64,000 nt of DNA, from assembly GCA_945952225.1 (NCBI GenBank), contig CAMFHP010000008.1, positions 1 through 64,000 on the forward strand. The letters run 5' to 3'. Position 1 is the stretch's first letter; the number at the start of each line of letters is the position of its first letter. Made by a program: the position numbers and the translations under genes. Shown one piece after another: positions 52,195 through 61,485 of this stretch. Below the pieces are notes generated by a model. It searched no databases, had not been told where the DNA came from, and saw only the letters and a list, made by a program, of their open reading frames with translations. Origin of the DNA: an uncultured Myxococcaceae bacterium. Its GTDB lineage: Bacteria > Myxococcota_A > Polyangia > Polyangiales > Ga0077539.

Positions 52195-54048
52195 TCAGTG
52201 CGCGTGGGGCTCGCTGCGATCGCCGGGCTCGGCGGGCGCCATCGCGGCGAACCACGCGCGAGGCCCGAGTCGCACGAGGCTTCGCACGAGCACGGCCGCG
52301 AGAAACGCCGCGCAGGCGAGCTCCCACCACGCGTGCGTGTGGGCCACGAGGTGGTGCATCTCGGGCACCGCACTTCGGGGCACGAGCGCGTTCACGGCCA
52401 CCCCCAGCAGCACCGACGCCGTGAGGCTCGCGAACGCATAGGCGAGCGCCGCGCGGTTGCCGAGCGCGCGACGGATCGCGGCGATCACCGGGAGGTTCGT
52501 TCCTGGCGCCACGAGCACGAACGCGAGCGCAGCGCCCACGGAGGCGCCCTTGTGCACGAGCATCGCCGCGAAGGGCGTCGCCCCCTGCGCGCACATGTAC
52601 AGCGGAACGCCCGCGAGCGCGGCGACCACCACGTCGAGCGGCGCGCCGAGCGAGGCGATGCGCGCGGGGTCGATCGCGGCTTCGAAGGCCGCGGCGAGAC
52701 AGAGACCCACCACGTACCAGGCCGCCACGTGGTCGAGGGTCGGGCCCACCGCGCGGCGCAGCGCGTAGCGCACGCGACCGGCGTGGTCCGCGGGCGGAAG
52801 CTCATCGGCGGGCGTGTCGCGCCATCGCAGCACGGGGCGCATGAGGGCCTTCGCGGGCGCCGCGCGGAGTGACACGCGCATGGTCACGTTGCGCGCGCTC
52901 CACGCGACGACGAGGGCCACGACGACGGCCACCGCGAGGCCCGACGCGATGCGCGCCACCGCGAGCGGAGCGCCCAGCAGTCGGAACGAGAACACGGCGC
53001 CGCCCACGTCGACGGCGGGCGTTCCTGCGGCGAAGGCGGCGACGGCGGCGACGGGCACACCCGCCGCGAGGAGGCTGCGCACGAGCGGGAGCACGCCGCA
53101 CGAACACTGCGGCAGCGGCACACCGAAGACCACACCGCGGAGGGCCTGCGAGAGCGACGCGCCGCCGCTCAGCCATCCCGCCACACGCCGCGGAACCCAC
53201 GTCTGCACCGCGCTCGCCGCGAGGAGCCCCACGAGCATCGACGGCGCGGTCTCGACGAAGAGCGGCCCCAGCGACTCGACGAACGACAGCTCGTGCGGCC
53301 GCGCGTGGCGCAGCACGCTGTCGGGGTCGGGGATCCACGTCGCGAGGCCCACTCCCCCGAGAAAGGCCGCGGCCGAGAGGGCCTTCGTGCCCGCCGTGGG
53401 TGACACCCTTCCGTGGCGATGCGTGGCGAGTCGCAACATCGCGCCGATGCCGAAGGCCGCCACCGCGTCGAACACCGCGTCGGGAATGCGCGCGAGCAAC
53501 GCGCTGCCGAGGAGCGCGCCCACCACCGTCGCCGACGCCACGAGCGCGAGCCGCGGAATCGCGCGACGCCACCCCATCGCGGGCACGAGCGCCGTCGCGA
53601 GAAAGAGCCCCTCGGGCAGTCGATGAAGCACCAGCGCGACGCCGAGGCCCGCGCTCACCGACCCGTGGTGCTCGCCCGCGGCCGTGGCCATCGCGAGCCC
53701 CGCCCCATCACCGAGCGCGTGCACCACGAGGGCCGGGAGCACCACCGCCGCGCCGAGGCGGTCGTCGTCGTGGTGCGCGCGACGGTCGGCGAACCACAGC
53801 ACGCCGTAGCCCAGCGCGACGAGCGCGAGCCCCGCGGCGCCCACCTCGTCGACCACGTGGGGCACGAGGTGGAGCAGCAGGAGGGCGGGCACCACGCCCA
53901 GCGTGAAGCCGTCGATGAACGACGACGGCGCGCGGCGGCCGCGTCCCCACGCGACGAGGAGCGGTCCCACCGCGAACCCCATCAGCGACAGGAGGAGCAC
54001 CGGCCCGAGCACGGCGGCGGTTCTGCCCTCGCGTGCGCGAATTCGCAA
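52195..54048 (-). CDS. Fused metal transporter: ZIP-family-like N-terminal domain plus COG0701-type two-cysteine permease C-terminal domain
   Basis: N-terminal half is His-rich multi-TM with an HRLPEG ZIP-like motif (compare HNFPEG in ZupT/ZIP proteins). C-terminal half has PLPQCSCGVLPLV (the CSCG motif of COG0701 predicted permeases) and GVPLYMCAQGATPFA. TTG start; the true start may be internal. Confidence 0.65.
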   Translation of the reverse strand: MRIRAREGRTAAVLGPVLLLSLMGFAVGPLLVAWGRGRRAPSSFIDGFTLGVVPALLLLHLVPHVVDEVGAAGLALVALGYGVLWFADRRAHHDDDRLGAAVVLPALVVHALGDGAGLAMATAAGEHHGSVSAGLGVALVLHRLPEGLFLATALVPAMGWRRAIPRLALVASATVVGALLGSALLARIPDAVFDAVAAFGIGAMLRLATHRHGRVSPTAGTKALSAAAFLGGVGLATWIPDPDSVLRHARPHELSFVESLGPLFVETAPSMLVGLLAASAVQTWVPRRVAGWLSGGASLSQALRGVVFGVPLPQCSCGVLPLVRSLLAAGVPVAAVAAFAAGTPAVDVGGAVFSFRLLGAPLAVARIASGLAVAVVVALVVAWSARNVTMRVSLRAAPAKALMRPVLRWRDTPADELPPADHAGRVRYALRRAVGPTLDHVAAWYVVGLCLAAAFEAAIDPARIASLGAPLDVVVAALAGVPLYMCAQGATPFAAMLVHKGASVGAALAFVLVAPGTNLPVIAAIRRALGNRAALAYAFASLTASVLLGVAVNALVPRSAVPEMHHLVAHTHAWWELACAAFLAAVLVRSLVRLGPRAWFAAMAPAEPGDRSEPHAH

Positions 54049-54093
54049 CAGAGATACGTCTACGAAATCGCCCGACGCGCGCGGCGGTGGCGC

Positions 54094-54540
54094 TCAGGCG
54101 CAGCGGTCGCAGCGGCCCTTGAGCTGGATCTCGACCTCGCGGCCCTTCAGCGAACGCGGCGCGCCGCGCGTCGAGTGGAGCTCGACGATCTCGTCGGGGA
54201 GGCACTGCACGTCGCCGCACTCGTCGCAGACGAAGTGGGGATGGCGCTTCTCTTCGTGCGAGCGCACGTCGTCGGCGCGGAGTTCGAAGCGCCACACGTG
54301 ATCGCCCACGTCGGTGCGCCGCAGGAGCCCGGCCTCCGTGAGGTCGGTGAGGTTGCGGTAGATCGTCGCGCGATCCCACTGGGGCGCGAGCGCTTCGGCG
54401 AGCTCGCCGTGCGTCACCGGCGACGTGGCCGCCGAGAGGCGCTGGAGCACCGCCACGCGCGGCGACGTCACGCGGAGGCCCGACGCGCGGATCTTCTCGC
54501 GGAGCTCATCGAGCGAAGGCGTCGTTCGCGGTCGCACCAT
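54094..54540 (-). CDS. zur: Fur family transcriptional regulator, probably Zur
   Basis: 148 aa with an HTH (RVTSPRVAVLQRLSAAT...HGELAEAL...ATIYRNLTDLTEAGLL) and HFVCDECGDV...CDRC (CxxC...CxxC structural zinc site). Adjacent to a predicted zinc transporter. Confidence 0.8.
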   Translation of the reverse strand: MVRPRTTPSLDELREKIRASGLRVTSPRVAVLQRLSAATSPVTHGELAEALAPQWDRATIYRNLTDLTEAGLLRRTDVGDHVWRFELRADDVRSHEEKRHPHFVCDECGDVQCLPDEIVELHSTRGAPRSLKGREVEIQLKGRCDRCA

Positions 54541-54544
54541 CGGC

Positions 54545-54566
54545 CGACGGTTCTAGTACCAACCCG
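54545..54566. promoter_or_regulatory. AT-rich near-palindrome immediately upstream of zur; candidate Zur/Fur operator
   Basis: GGTTCTAGTACC (10 of 12 positions palindromic). It is a conspicuous AT-rich island in GC-rich DNA, 5 to 25 nt upstream of the zur start codon. A second AT-rich element (ATACGTCTACGAAAT) lies between zur and the transporter gene. Confidence 0.25.
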
Positions 54567-54596
54567 CACCGCGGCGCAATGGCGGCGCCCGCGCGC

Positions 54597-55961
54597 TCAG
54601 CGACGCGCGCGTCGACGACGGAGCGCCGCGAGCGCCAACGCCACGAGCGCGACGAGCGGCGAGCGCGTCGGGAGACCCGGCGTGCGGCATCCGCAGGTGG
54701 TGTCGGGAGGCGCAGGCGTGGCTGCATCGGGCGCTGCGTCGAAGGCCGCGTCGCGTGCGGCATCGCGCGGAACGTCGGCGGTGGCGTCGCGCGCGCCGCT
54801 GTCGAACACGGGCGCCGAGGCGTCGGGCTCCGGCGCTTCGAGCATGCGCTGCAAGAGGGGCCAGCGCTCGACGCAGATGTCCGCGCCCTCGGAGCGCTGC
54901 GTGCACGTGGGCGGGCCCACGAAGGCGTCGAAGTTCGAGAAGTTCACGACGGTCGAGAAGCTGCGTCCGCCGTCGGACGAACGGCCGAGCGCGAAGGGCT
55001 GGTTGATCCAGTCGGAGCACGCCCACAGCGTGCCCGCGTGCTGACGCAGACACAGCACGGGCAGCGGGTTCACCTGTCGGAAGGTCTCGCCGCCGTCGTC
55101 GCTGCGCTGGAGCCCCTCGGCGATGCTCCCGTACCAGACCGTGCGGCCGTCGTCGGAGATCGCGAAGCCCAGCATCGGGTCGCGCGCCATCGCCACGCGT
55201 TCGAAGCGCATGCCGCCGTCGCGTGAGCGCAGGAGCTCCGTGCCCAGACCCGCGGCCGCGCGCACGAACACCACGTCGGGGTTCGTCGGATCGACGCCGC
55301 TCACCCAGAGCGAGTCGTAGGTTCCGCCGTCGCCCGTGAGCGCGCGCATCGTGGCGCCGCCGTCGTCGCTGCGAAAGAACACGGGCGCGAAGCCCTCCTC
55401 GCGGCGCCCCGTGAGGTAGAGCCGCATCGGGTCCGAGGGCGCGACCTCGATCGTGTCGAAGGCCACGCCCGCGACCCCATCGCCCACACGGCGAAACGCG
55501 CCCGTCATCGTGTCGCCGCGAAACACCGCGTTCACGCCCGACTGCGCGCCCTCGATGGCGTAGGCCACCGTGCCCGCAGGCGTGGTCGTGAGGTCGGCGA
55601 AGAAGCGCCCGCGCACGCTCTCGACCTCGTCGTGCTTGCACGCGTCGAAGGTCGTGCGGAGGCCCTCTTCGTACGCGTAGAGCACGGTGCCGCCCGCGGT
55701 CACCTCGATGGGCGCGTCGTAGTTGAACGCGGGCACGAGCGGGTAGTAGAGCCCCTCCTCGCACATCCACGCGAAGGTGCGGCCGCCGTTGCGGCTCAGG
55801 AGCAGACCGAAGGTCGTGCGGAGGGCGATCACGTCGCTCGACGGGCCGGGGCCCACGACGACGTGCTGCGCGGTGGGAAAGCGTCCGTTGGCCTGCGAGG
55901 CAGACGACGCCGCGGCGAGCGAGAGGGCGGCGGCGAGGGCGACGATGCGGGCGGTGCGCAT
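54597..55961 (-). CDS. Secreted BNR/Asp-box repeat protein with a MYXO-CTERM sorting signal
   Basis: Internal ATG (MRTARIVALAAALSLAAASSASQA, signal peptide). Repeated SxDxGxTW/F BNR motifs (SRNGGRTF, SDDGGATM, SRDGGMRF, SDDGRTVW, SDDGGETF, SSDGGRSF). The C-terminus TTCGCRTPGLPTRSPLVALVALALAALRRRRARR matches the MYXO-CTERM pattern. Confidence 0.7.
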   Translation of the reverse strand: MRTARIVALAAALSLAAASSASQANGRFPTAQHVVVGPGPSSDVIALRTTFGLLLSRNGGRTFAWMCEEGLYYPLVPAFNYDAPIEVTAGGTVLYAYEEGLRTTFDACKHDEVESVRGRFFADLTTTPAGTVAYAIEGAQSGVNAVFRGDTMTGAFRRVGDGVAGVAFDTIEVAPSDPMRLYLTGRREEGFAPVFFRSDDGGATMRALTGDGGTYDSLWVSGVDPTNPDVVFVRAAAGLGTELLRSRDGGMRFERVAMARDPMLGFAISDDGRTVWYGSIAEGLQRSDDGGETFRQVNPLPVLCLRQHAGTLWACSDWINQPFALGRSSDGGRSFSTVVNFSNFDAFVGPPTCTQRSEGADICVERWPLLQRMLEAPEPDASAPVFDSGARDATADVPRDAARDAAFDAAPDAATPAPPDTTCGCRTPGLPTRSPLVALVALALAALRRRRARR

Positions 55962-56069
55962 GAGGCGCGGGACTATGGGTGACGGCCCCGCGCGATTGCA
56001 ACCCGCCACGGCGCGCGCGGCGAAACACCCGCTGCCCGCGCGCGACGCCCTGCGGTAGAGGTGCGGCCC

Positions 56070-56828
56070 ATGGCCGACCCGACCGTGCACACCGTGGTGT
56101 TCCTGCACTCGTTTCCGATGGACCGCGCGATGTGGGACGCGCAGCGCGCCGCGGTGGAATCCGACGGACACCGCGCGCTCGCCCTCGACCTCGCGGGCTT
56201 CGGCGACGCACCGCTCCCGCCCGACGCCGCGCCCACGATCGAGACCTACGCCGCGCAGGTGCTCTCCACGCTCGATGCACACGGCGTGGCGCGCGCGGTC
56301 TTCGTGGGCCTCTCGCTCGGCGGCTACGTCGCGCTCTGCATCGCCTCCATGGCCCCTGCGCGCGTCGCGGCCCTCGTGCTCGCCGACACGCGCAGCGCCG
56401 CCGACGACCCGCCCACGCGCGCGGGACGCATCATCAACCTCTCGCTCGTGCGCGACCGCGGCGTCGAAGCCCTCTTCGACAAGATGCGCCCGATGCTCCT
56501 CGCGCCGGACCACGACCCCGCGGTGGCGACGCAGCTCCGCGCGATGGCGCTCCGTCAACGCCCGGAGTCCGTGGCCTTCGCGCTCGTCGCGATGCGCGAC
56601 CGGCCCGACCGTGGCGCCGTGCTCGATGCGTTCGCCGCACCGACGCTCGTGCTCGTGGGAGACCGTGACGTCATCACACCGCCCGCGGAGATGACCGCCA
56701 TGGCCGCGCGGATGCGCGACGCGCGCGTCGAGGTGCTCGAAGGCGCGGGACACCTCTCGAACCTCGAACGGCCCGAGGGCTTCAACCGCGCGCTGCGGGC
56801 GTTCCTGCGCGGGCTGCCGGGCGCGTAG
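56070..56828 (+). CDS. Alpha/beta hydrolase
   Basis: VVFLHSFPMD; GLSLGG nucleophile elbow (GxSxG); C-terminal GAGHLSN. Confidence 0.75.
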   Translation: MADPTVHTVVFLHSFPMDRAMWDAQRAAVESDGHRALALDLAGFGDAPLPPDAAPTIETYAAQVLSTLDAHGVARAVFVGLSLGGYVALCIASMAPARVAALVLADTRSAADDPPTRAGRIINLSLVRDRGVEALFDKMRPMLLAPDHDPAVATQLRAMALRQRPESVAFALVAMRDRPDRGAVLDAFAAPTLVLVGDRDVITPPAEMTAMAARMRDARVEVLEGAGHLSNLERPEGFNRALRAFLRGLPGA

Positions 56829-57132
56829 CGCGCTCGCGTTCGAGCTTCGCGATCCGGGCGTCGACGCGGTCGAGGTGCGAGGTCGAGAAGTGCCGGTCGA
56901 CGAAGCGTCCGACGCCGAAGAGGGCCGCGAGGGCGCAGAACACCTCGGTGCGTTCGGGCGCGCCGAGCCAGGCCTTCAGCGCCCAGCCCACGCCGTACCC
57001 GAGCCCGAAGCACACGATCGCGATGGGAAAGAGCGCGGCGTAGCGGTTGGTCTCCCACCAGGTGATGCGGTCGAGGAGCCGCTGGCGCTCGGCGCGCGCG
57101 AGGGTCAGGGGGTCGTTCACGTCGTCGGCCAT
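56782..57132 (-). CDS. Small membrane hypothetical protein
   Basis: Internal ATG (MADDVNDPLTLARAERQRLLDRITWWETNRYAALFPIAIVCFGLGYGVGWAL...). Two TM segments. Its 3' end overlaps the convergent hydrolase gene. Confidence 0.35.
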   Translation of the reverse strand: MADDVNDPLTLARAERQRLLDRITWWETNRYAALFPIAIVCFGLGYGVGWALKAWLGAPERTEVFCALAALFGVGRFVDRHFSTSHLDRVDARIAKLERERATRPAARAGTPAARG

Positions 57133-57306
57133 CGCAGGGCGCGCGACTCTACACGCCGCGGCCCGCAGCGCCCACACCCCGACCGCGCAGGGCACCGCAG
57201 CGCGTCACCGTCGACGGGAGGCGACATGCGCGGAACACCGTCCACACAAGGGATTTTCGCGCAAATGCGTCGTGACCGTCGCGCGAGGTGCGTTACCGTC
57301 GCGGCC

Positions 57307-59082
57307 ATGCGAACCGCGATGCGACTCGTCTCTCTGGTCACCCTCGCCTCGTGCGCTGCGATGTCGTGCAGCGACGGCGGCACGTCTCCGACGCCGACGC
57401 CTTCGCAAGACGGCGGCGTGTGCACGCCCGACCGCGCGCAGTGGAACAGCACCGTGCGCGGCCTCGTCGCGCAGCAGTGCGGCGGGTGCCACGGCGACAC
57501 GCCCTCGTACGGCGCGCCCTACTCGCTGCTCGACTACGACGCGCTCCTTCGCGCGCGCACCGGCGGACGCCCCGTCGATCGCATCGCGGCGCGCATGATG
57601 GCCGGCACCATGCCCCCGTCGGGCACGCCCGCGCCCACCGACGACGTGGCCCGCGCGATCGTGCAGTGGGCCACCTGCGGCGCGCAGACGCCGTCCGCGG
57701 GTCACGGCCTCCGCGCGACGCGCCCGGTGTTCCGCTCGCCCCCCACCGCGCCCTCGGGCATGGAGACCTGGGACCTCACCGCGCCGCAGTGGAGCGTCGG
57801 CCCCGACGTGCTCGACCGCTACCAGTGTTTCACCTTCGAGTTCCCCGGCACGACCGACCGCTTCGTGCGGCGCTTCGAACTCGTCGCCGACCAGCGCGCG
57901 GTGCTGCACCACGTGGTGCTCCTCCGCGACAACAACCGCGTGGCCCCGACGACGCCGTTCGAGTGCGGGAGCATGCCCGAGGGCAGCGACTACCTCTACG
58001 CCTGGGCGCCCGGTCAGGACGCGCTCCAGTTCCCCGAGGGCGGGCTTCGCATCACGCCGGGGCAGCGCCTCGTGATGCAGATCCATTACAACAACGGACA
58101 GCACCTCCCGAACCTCCGCGACAGCTCGGGCCTGCGCCTCTACCACACGGCGCCGAGCGGCACGGAGTACGGCATGGTCGCGCTCGGTCCGCTCGCCTTC
58201 CAGATCCCCGCGCGCTCCACGGGTCAGACGGCGAGCGCGTGCACCGTCACCCGCGAGTCGCGGATGCTCGCGGGCATGCCGCACATGCACCAGTTCGGCT
58301 CGACCTTCACCGAAGAGATCGTGCGCGCCGACAACTCGCGCGAGTCGCTCATCGGCATCCAGGGATGGCAGTTCGCGTCGCAGCTCTTCTACGACTTCAG
58401 CACCCCGCTCCACCCCGGCGACCGCATCGAGACGCAGTGCGTGTTCGACAACACCACCACGTCGACGGTGCGCAGCGGCGGACGCACGAGCGACGAGATG
58501 TGCTTCAACTTCGCGTACATCACGCCGCCCCCGTCGGAGCGCTACTGCGACCAGCCCGTGGGCTCGCCCGAGACGGTGCCGTACACCCCGGGCATGTGCG
58601 CGATCCCCGCGGCGCCCACGGACATCGCCACGGTGTCGGGCCGCGCGATGGTCGCTGCCGCGCCCGCCCTCGCCGGCGGCACGCTGCGCGACGGACGCTG
58701 GGAGCTCCAGGGCGTCACCTGGTATCTGAACTCGGGCATGGTGGGCACGAGCACCACGATCAACCTCGACGAGACCTCGCTCCACGCGCGCGGCCAGGTG
58801 TGGATCAACGGCACGCAGATCAACGCCGACCTCGTGACCCGTCTCAACCTCACGCTCGTCGGCGGCGCGCGCCTCTCGCGCGACCTGCCCACCACCTTCG
58901 CGGGCGCCCTCGCGAGCGGCACCACCTCGCCGCTGCGCCTCACGGCCTCGTGCCCGAGCTCTGGCGCGCCGCAGACCCTCGACTACGCCGTCGACGGCGA
59001 CACGCTCACCGTGGGACCGCCCGCGCAGAACTACTCGGGGCTCATGGTCACGCCGCGCTACCAGTTCCGCTTCGTGCGCTGA
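57307..59082 (+). CDS. Lipoprotein fusing a mono-heme cytochrome c module to a PHM/DBH-like copper type II monooxygenase domain
   Basis: MRTAMRLVSLVTLASC lipobox. QQCGGCHGD (CxxCH) with a downstream AGTMPP (candidate Met ligand). Then CuH-like HH (VLHHVVLL) plus a third His (MQIHYNN), a CuM-like HxH (GMPHMHQFG), and a Met in DEMCFNFAY. Spacing matches the PHM/DBH N- and C-domains. The start could be the upstream in-frame ATG at 57226. Confidence 0.65.
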   Translation: MRTAMRLVSLVTLASCAAMSCSDGGTSPTPTPSQDGGVCTPDRAQWNSTVRGLVAQQCGGCHGDTPSYGAPYSLLDYDALLRARTGGRPVDRIAARMMAGTMPPSGTPAPTDDVARAIVQWATCGAQTPSAGHGLRATRPVFRSPPTAPSGMETWDLTAPQWSVGPDVLDRYQCFTFEFPGTTDRFVRRFELVADQRAVLHHVVLLRDNNRVAPTTPFECGSMPEGSDYLYAWAPGQDALQFPEGGLRITPGQRLVMQIHYNNGQHLPNLRDSSGLRLYHTAPSGTEYGMVALGPLAFQIPARSTGQTASACTVTRESRMLAGMPHMHQFGSTFTEEIVRADNSRESLIGIQGWQFASQLFYDFSTPLHPGDRIETQCVFDNTTTSTVRSGGRTSDEMCFNFAYITPPPSERYCDQPVGSPETVPYTPGMCAIPAAPTDIATVSGRAMVAAAPALAGGTLRDGRWELQGVTWYLNSGMVGTSTTINLDETSLHARGQVWINGTQINADLVTRLNLTLVGGARLSRDLPTTFAGALASGTTSPLRLTASCPSSGAPQTLDYAVDGDTLTVGPPAQNYSGLMVTPRYQFRFVR

Positions 59083-59122
59083 GCGCCGCCCCACGCCGCG
59101 CTCGCGCATCGAACGCCTGCGC

Positions 59123-60742
59123 ATGAAGAAGCTCGTCTCGCTCTGCACCCTCAACAGCCTCCCCGACCGACGCGCGCAGCTCGTGAAGGGCCCCGACGGA
59201 CGCCGCTACGCGTGCGTGCGCCGCGGGTCGCGCGTCGACCTCCTCGACGATCGCTGCCCGCATGAGGGCCATCCGCTCTCGATGGGGCTCGTGCGCGACG
59301 GCGTGCTCACCTGTCAGTGGCACAACTGGAAGTTCTCCCTCGACGACGGCGCGTGCCTCCGCGGCGGCGAGCACGTGGCCCGCTACGACGCGGAGGTGCA
59401 CGACGGCGAGGTGTTCTTCGATCCGCGCCTCGACGACGACGACCGACGGGCGCGCATCCGTCACGACCTCGAACGCGCCCTCGAACGTGCGCAGGCCGAC
59501 GGCGCCACGCGCGAGGCGCTCCGTCTGCTGCCCTTTGAGGGCGGGCTCGACGAGGCCGTCGACGCGATGGTGCGCCACGCGATGGACCGCGACGGATGCG
59601 CCATCGCAGGCCACGCGCGCGCCGCGCTCTCGCTCCGCGACGCGGGTGTGCTCGACGACGCGGACGCCCTCGCCGTGCTCGCATCTGCGGCCGTGCGCGA
59701 AGGCGGATTGCGCGCGGTAGCGCCCTCCCCTGTGGCGCCCTCCCCCGCGACGCGCGCTGCGACCCTCGACGACGGCGAGGCCGTGCTCCTGGCGCTCCTC
59801 GATGAGCGCGTCGACGAGGCCGAGTCGTACGCGCGCGGAGTGCCGCCTTCCCACGCGATGCGCGCCCTCGACGCGTGGCTCATGCCCTGGGCCGCCCTCA
59901 AGCTCTGGAACGGCGGCGCCACCCTCGCCGCACTCGCCGACACGCGCGCCGTCGCGGCGCACCTCACCGACGGCACGCGCACGGCCTCGCTCGCGGCGCT
60001 CACCCGCGGCCTCGGCGTGGCGGTGGCCGAGAGCGACCTCCCGCCGTGGCGACACACGCGCAAGGCGCTGCTCGAAGCGCGCGTGATCCAACCGGGAACC
60101 GCGGCCCTCGACGACGCCGAGGCCCTCGCGCGCGACGCGCTCACCTCCGAGGGGCAGGGGCTCCATGCGACGCTCATCGCGCTCGACGCGGGCGCGTCTC
60201 CCGCCGCGGTGCTCACCGTGCTCGCGCGCACCGCCGCCGAACGCGCCGCCACCTGGAACGTCGCCCACTCGCGCGACGATCACCGCGACGTGCGCGCCCT
60301 CGACGCGACGCGCGCGCTGCGCTTCTGCCGCGCGGCGCAGACCCTCGCGGGAGCGGTTCCCGGTACGCACTCCGTCGCCCACGCGGTGCTCGCCGCGGGC
60401 CTCGTGGGCAAGCTCCGACGGCACACCCACGTCGCCGAAACACCCGCCCGCGCGCACGGCGCCGACACCCTCGCCGACGCCCTCGCACGCCGCGACGGTG
60501 CGGCCCTCCGCGCGCTCGTGAACGACGGCGCGTCGCTCGCCGCGCTGACCCGCGCCGCAGCCCTCGACGGCGACGGATCGCACGCCCCCTTCGCCGCCGA
60601 CTGCCACGCGATGGTGCGCGACGGAACGCTCACGGTCTCCGCGGCCCGCGACGCGATGGTGCGCGCGGTGTTCGAAGAGCCCCCGGCCTCGCTCGCACGC
60701 CTCGCGGCGAGGGCGAAGCGCGCGGTCGAACGCACGCGTTGA
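59123..60742 (+). CDS. Rieske [2Fe-2S] domain protein with a long C-terminal extension
   Basis: CPHEGHPL...CQWHNWKF (CxH-x(15-17)-CxxH Rieske motif) in the first about 100 aa. The remaining about 430 aa are Ala/Leu/Arg-rich with no recognised motif. Confidence 0.75.
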   Translation: MKKLVSLCTLNSLPDRRAQLVKGPDGRRYACVRRGSRVDLLDDRCPHEGHPLSMGLVRDGVLTCQWHNWKFSLDDGACLRGGEHVARYDAEVHDGEVFFDPRLDDDDRRARIRHDLERALERAQADGATREALRLLPFEGGLDEAVDAMVRHAMDRDGCAIAGHARAALSLRDAGVLDDADALAVLASAAVREGGLRAVAPSPVAPSPATRAATLDDGEAVLLALLDERVDEAESYARGVPPSHAMRALDAWLMPWAALKLWNGGATLAALADTRAVAAHLTDGTRTASLAALTRGLGVAVAESDLPPWRHTRKALLEARVIQPGTAALDDAEALARDALTSEGQGLHATLIALDAGASPAAVLTVLARTAAERAATWNVAHSRDDHRDVRALDATRALRFCRAAQTLAGAVPGTHSVAHAVLAAGLVGKLRRHTHVAETPARAHGADTLADALARRDGAALRALVNDGASLAALTRAAALDGDGSHAPFAADCHAMVRDGTLTVSAARDAMVRAVFEEPPASLARLAARAKRAVERTR

Positions 60743-60748
60743 CGACGG

Positions 60749-61376
60749 TCAGTCGGCGCGCTCCGCGGGCTTCGGATCGCGCGCCGCGAGCAGCGCCGCA
60801 GCCGCGAGGAGCGGCGCGAGCACGGCGTCGTAGAGCGCTTCGAACGAAGGCAGCGGACGCACCGTGGCGCGCTGCGAGGCGACGTTCATCGCGAGCGTGG
60901 CGAGGGCCGCGAGCGACCACCACCGCACGGCCTTCGGCGTCGCCTTCACGAGCAGCGCAACGGCACTGAGCGCCACCGCGCCGTCGAGCGCCGAGGCGAG
61001 GTTCGCGTAGGCGCCAGGGAGCCATCCAGCGCCCGCTGCGGAGAGCCGCGCGAGGCCCGCGAATCGCAGCACCGCGAGGCCGAGGGCGAACGCGGGAGAC
61101 GACGCCACGAGCGCGCGCCGCAACGGGGATGGCGCCTGCGTCGCGAGCACCATCGCCGCGAGGGCCGCCGCGCCGTGCCACTCGCGGAGCATCCGCGCGT
61201 GGGCGAGCCACGTCGCGCCGCCGAGCCACCCGAGGAGCGCGAGCATCCACACGCCCGCGGCGACACGTTCGCGCGCGGCCTTCGCGGCGAGCAGGGGCGC
61301 GAGGCCCGCGAGCAGCGCGGCGGTGGCCGACGTGCCCAGTACGATCGCAAAGAACAGCCTGGCGCTCTCGGACACG
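60749..61376 (-). CDS. Multi-TM membrane hypothetical protein
   Basis: Hydrophobic throughout (LFFAIVLGTSATAALLAGLAPLLAA...). Start uncertain: GTG around 61376 or the upstream ATG at 61498. Confidence 0.4.
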
Positions 61377-61485
61377 GTGACGGTCTCTCTCGTAGCGCCG
61401 CGCGCACGGTGCCGCGGCGGGTGCGGGCGTATAGCGTGATGTTCCCCCTCCACGCGAGGGGCGCGTTGTGGGTAGTGTCGCGGCC

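Noticed and set aside
52869-56753. Long ORFs antisense to the ZIP transporter, zur and the BNR gene, and the 718-aa extension of the BNR ORF
   Set aside because: The BNR protein plausibly starts at the internal signal-peptide Met (55961). The upstream extension and the antisense frames lack motifs.
57885-57898. Perfect 14-bp palindrome GCACCACGTGGTGC
   Set aside because: Lies within the monooxygenase gene where it encodes HHVV (the CuH histidines). Most likely a coding coincidence.
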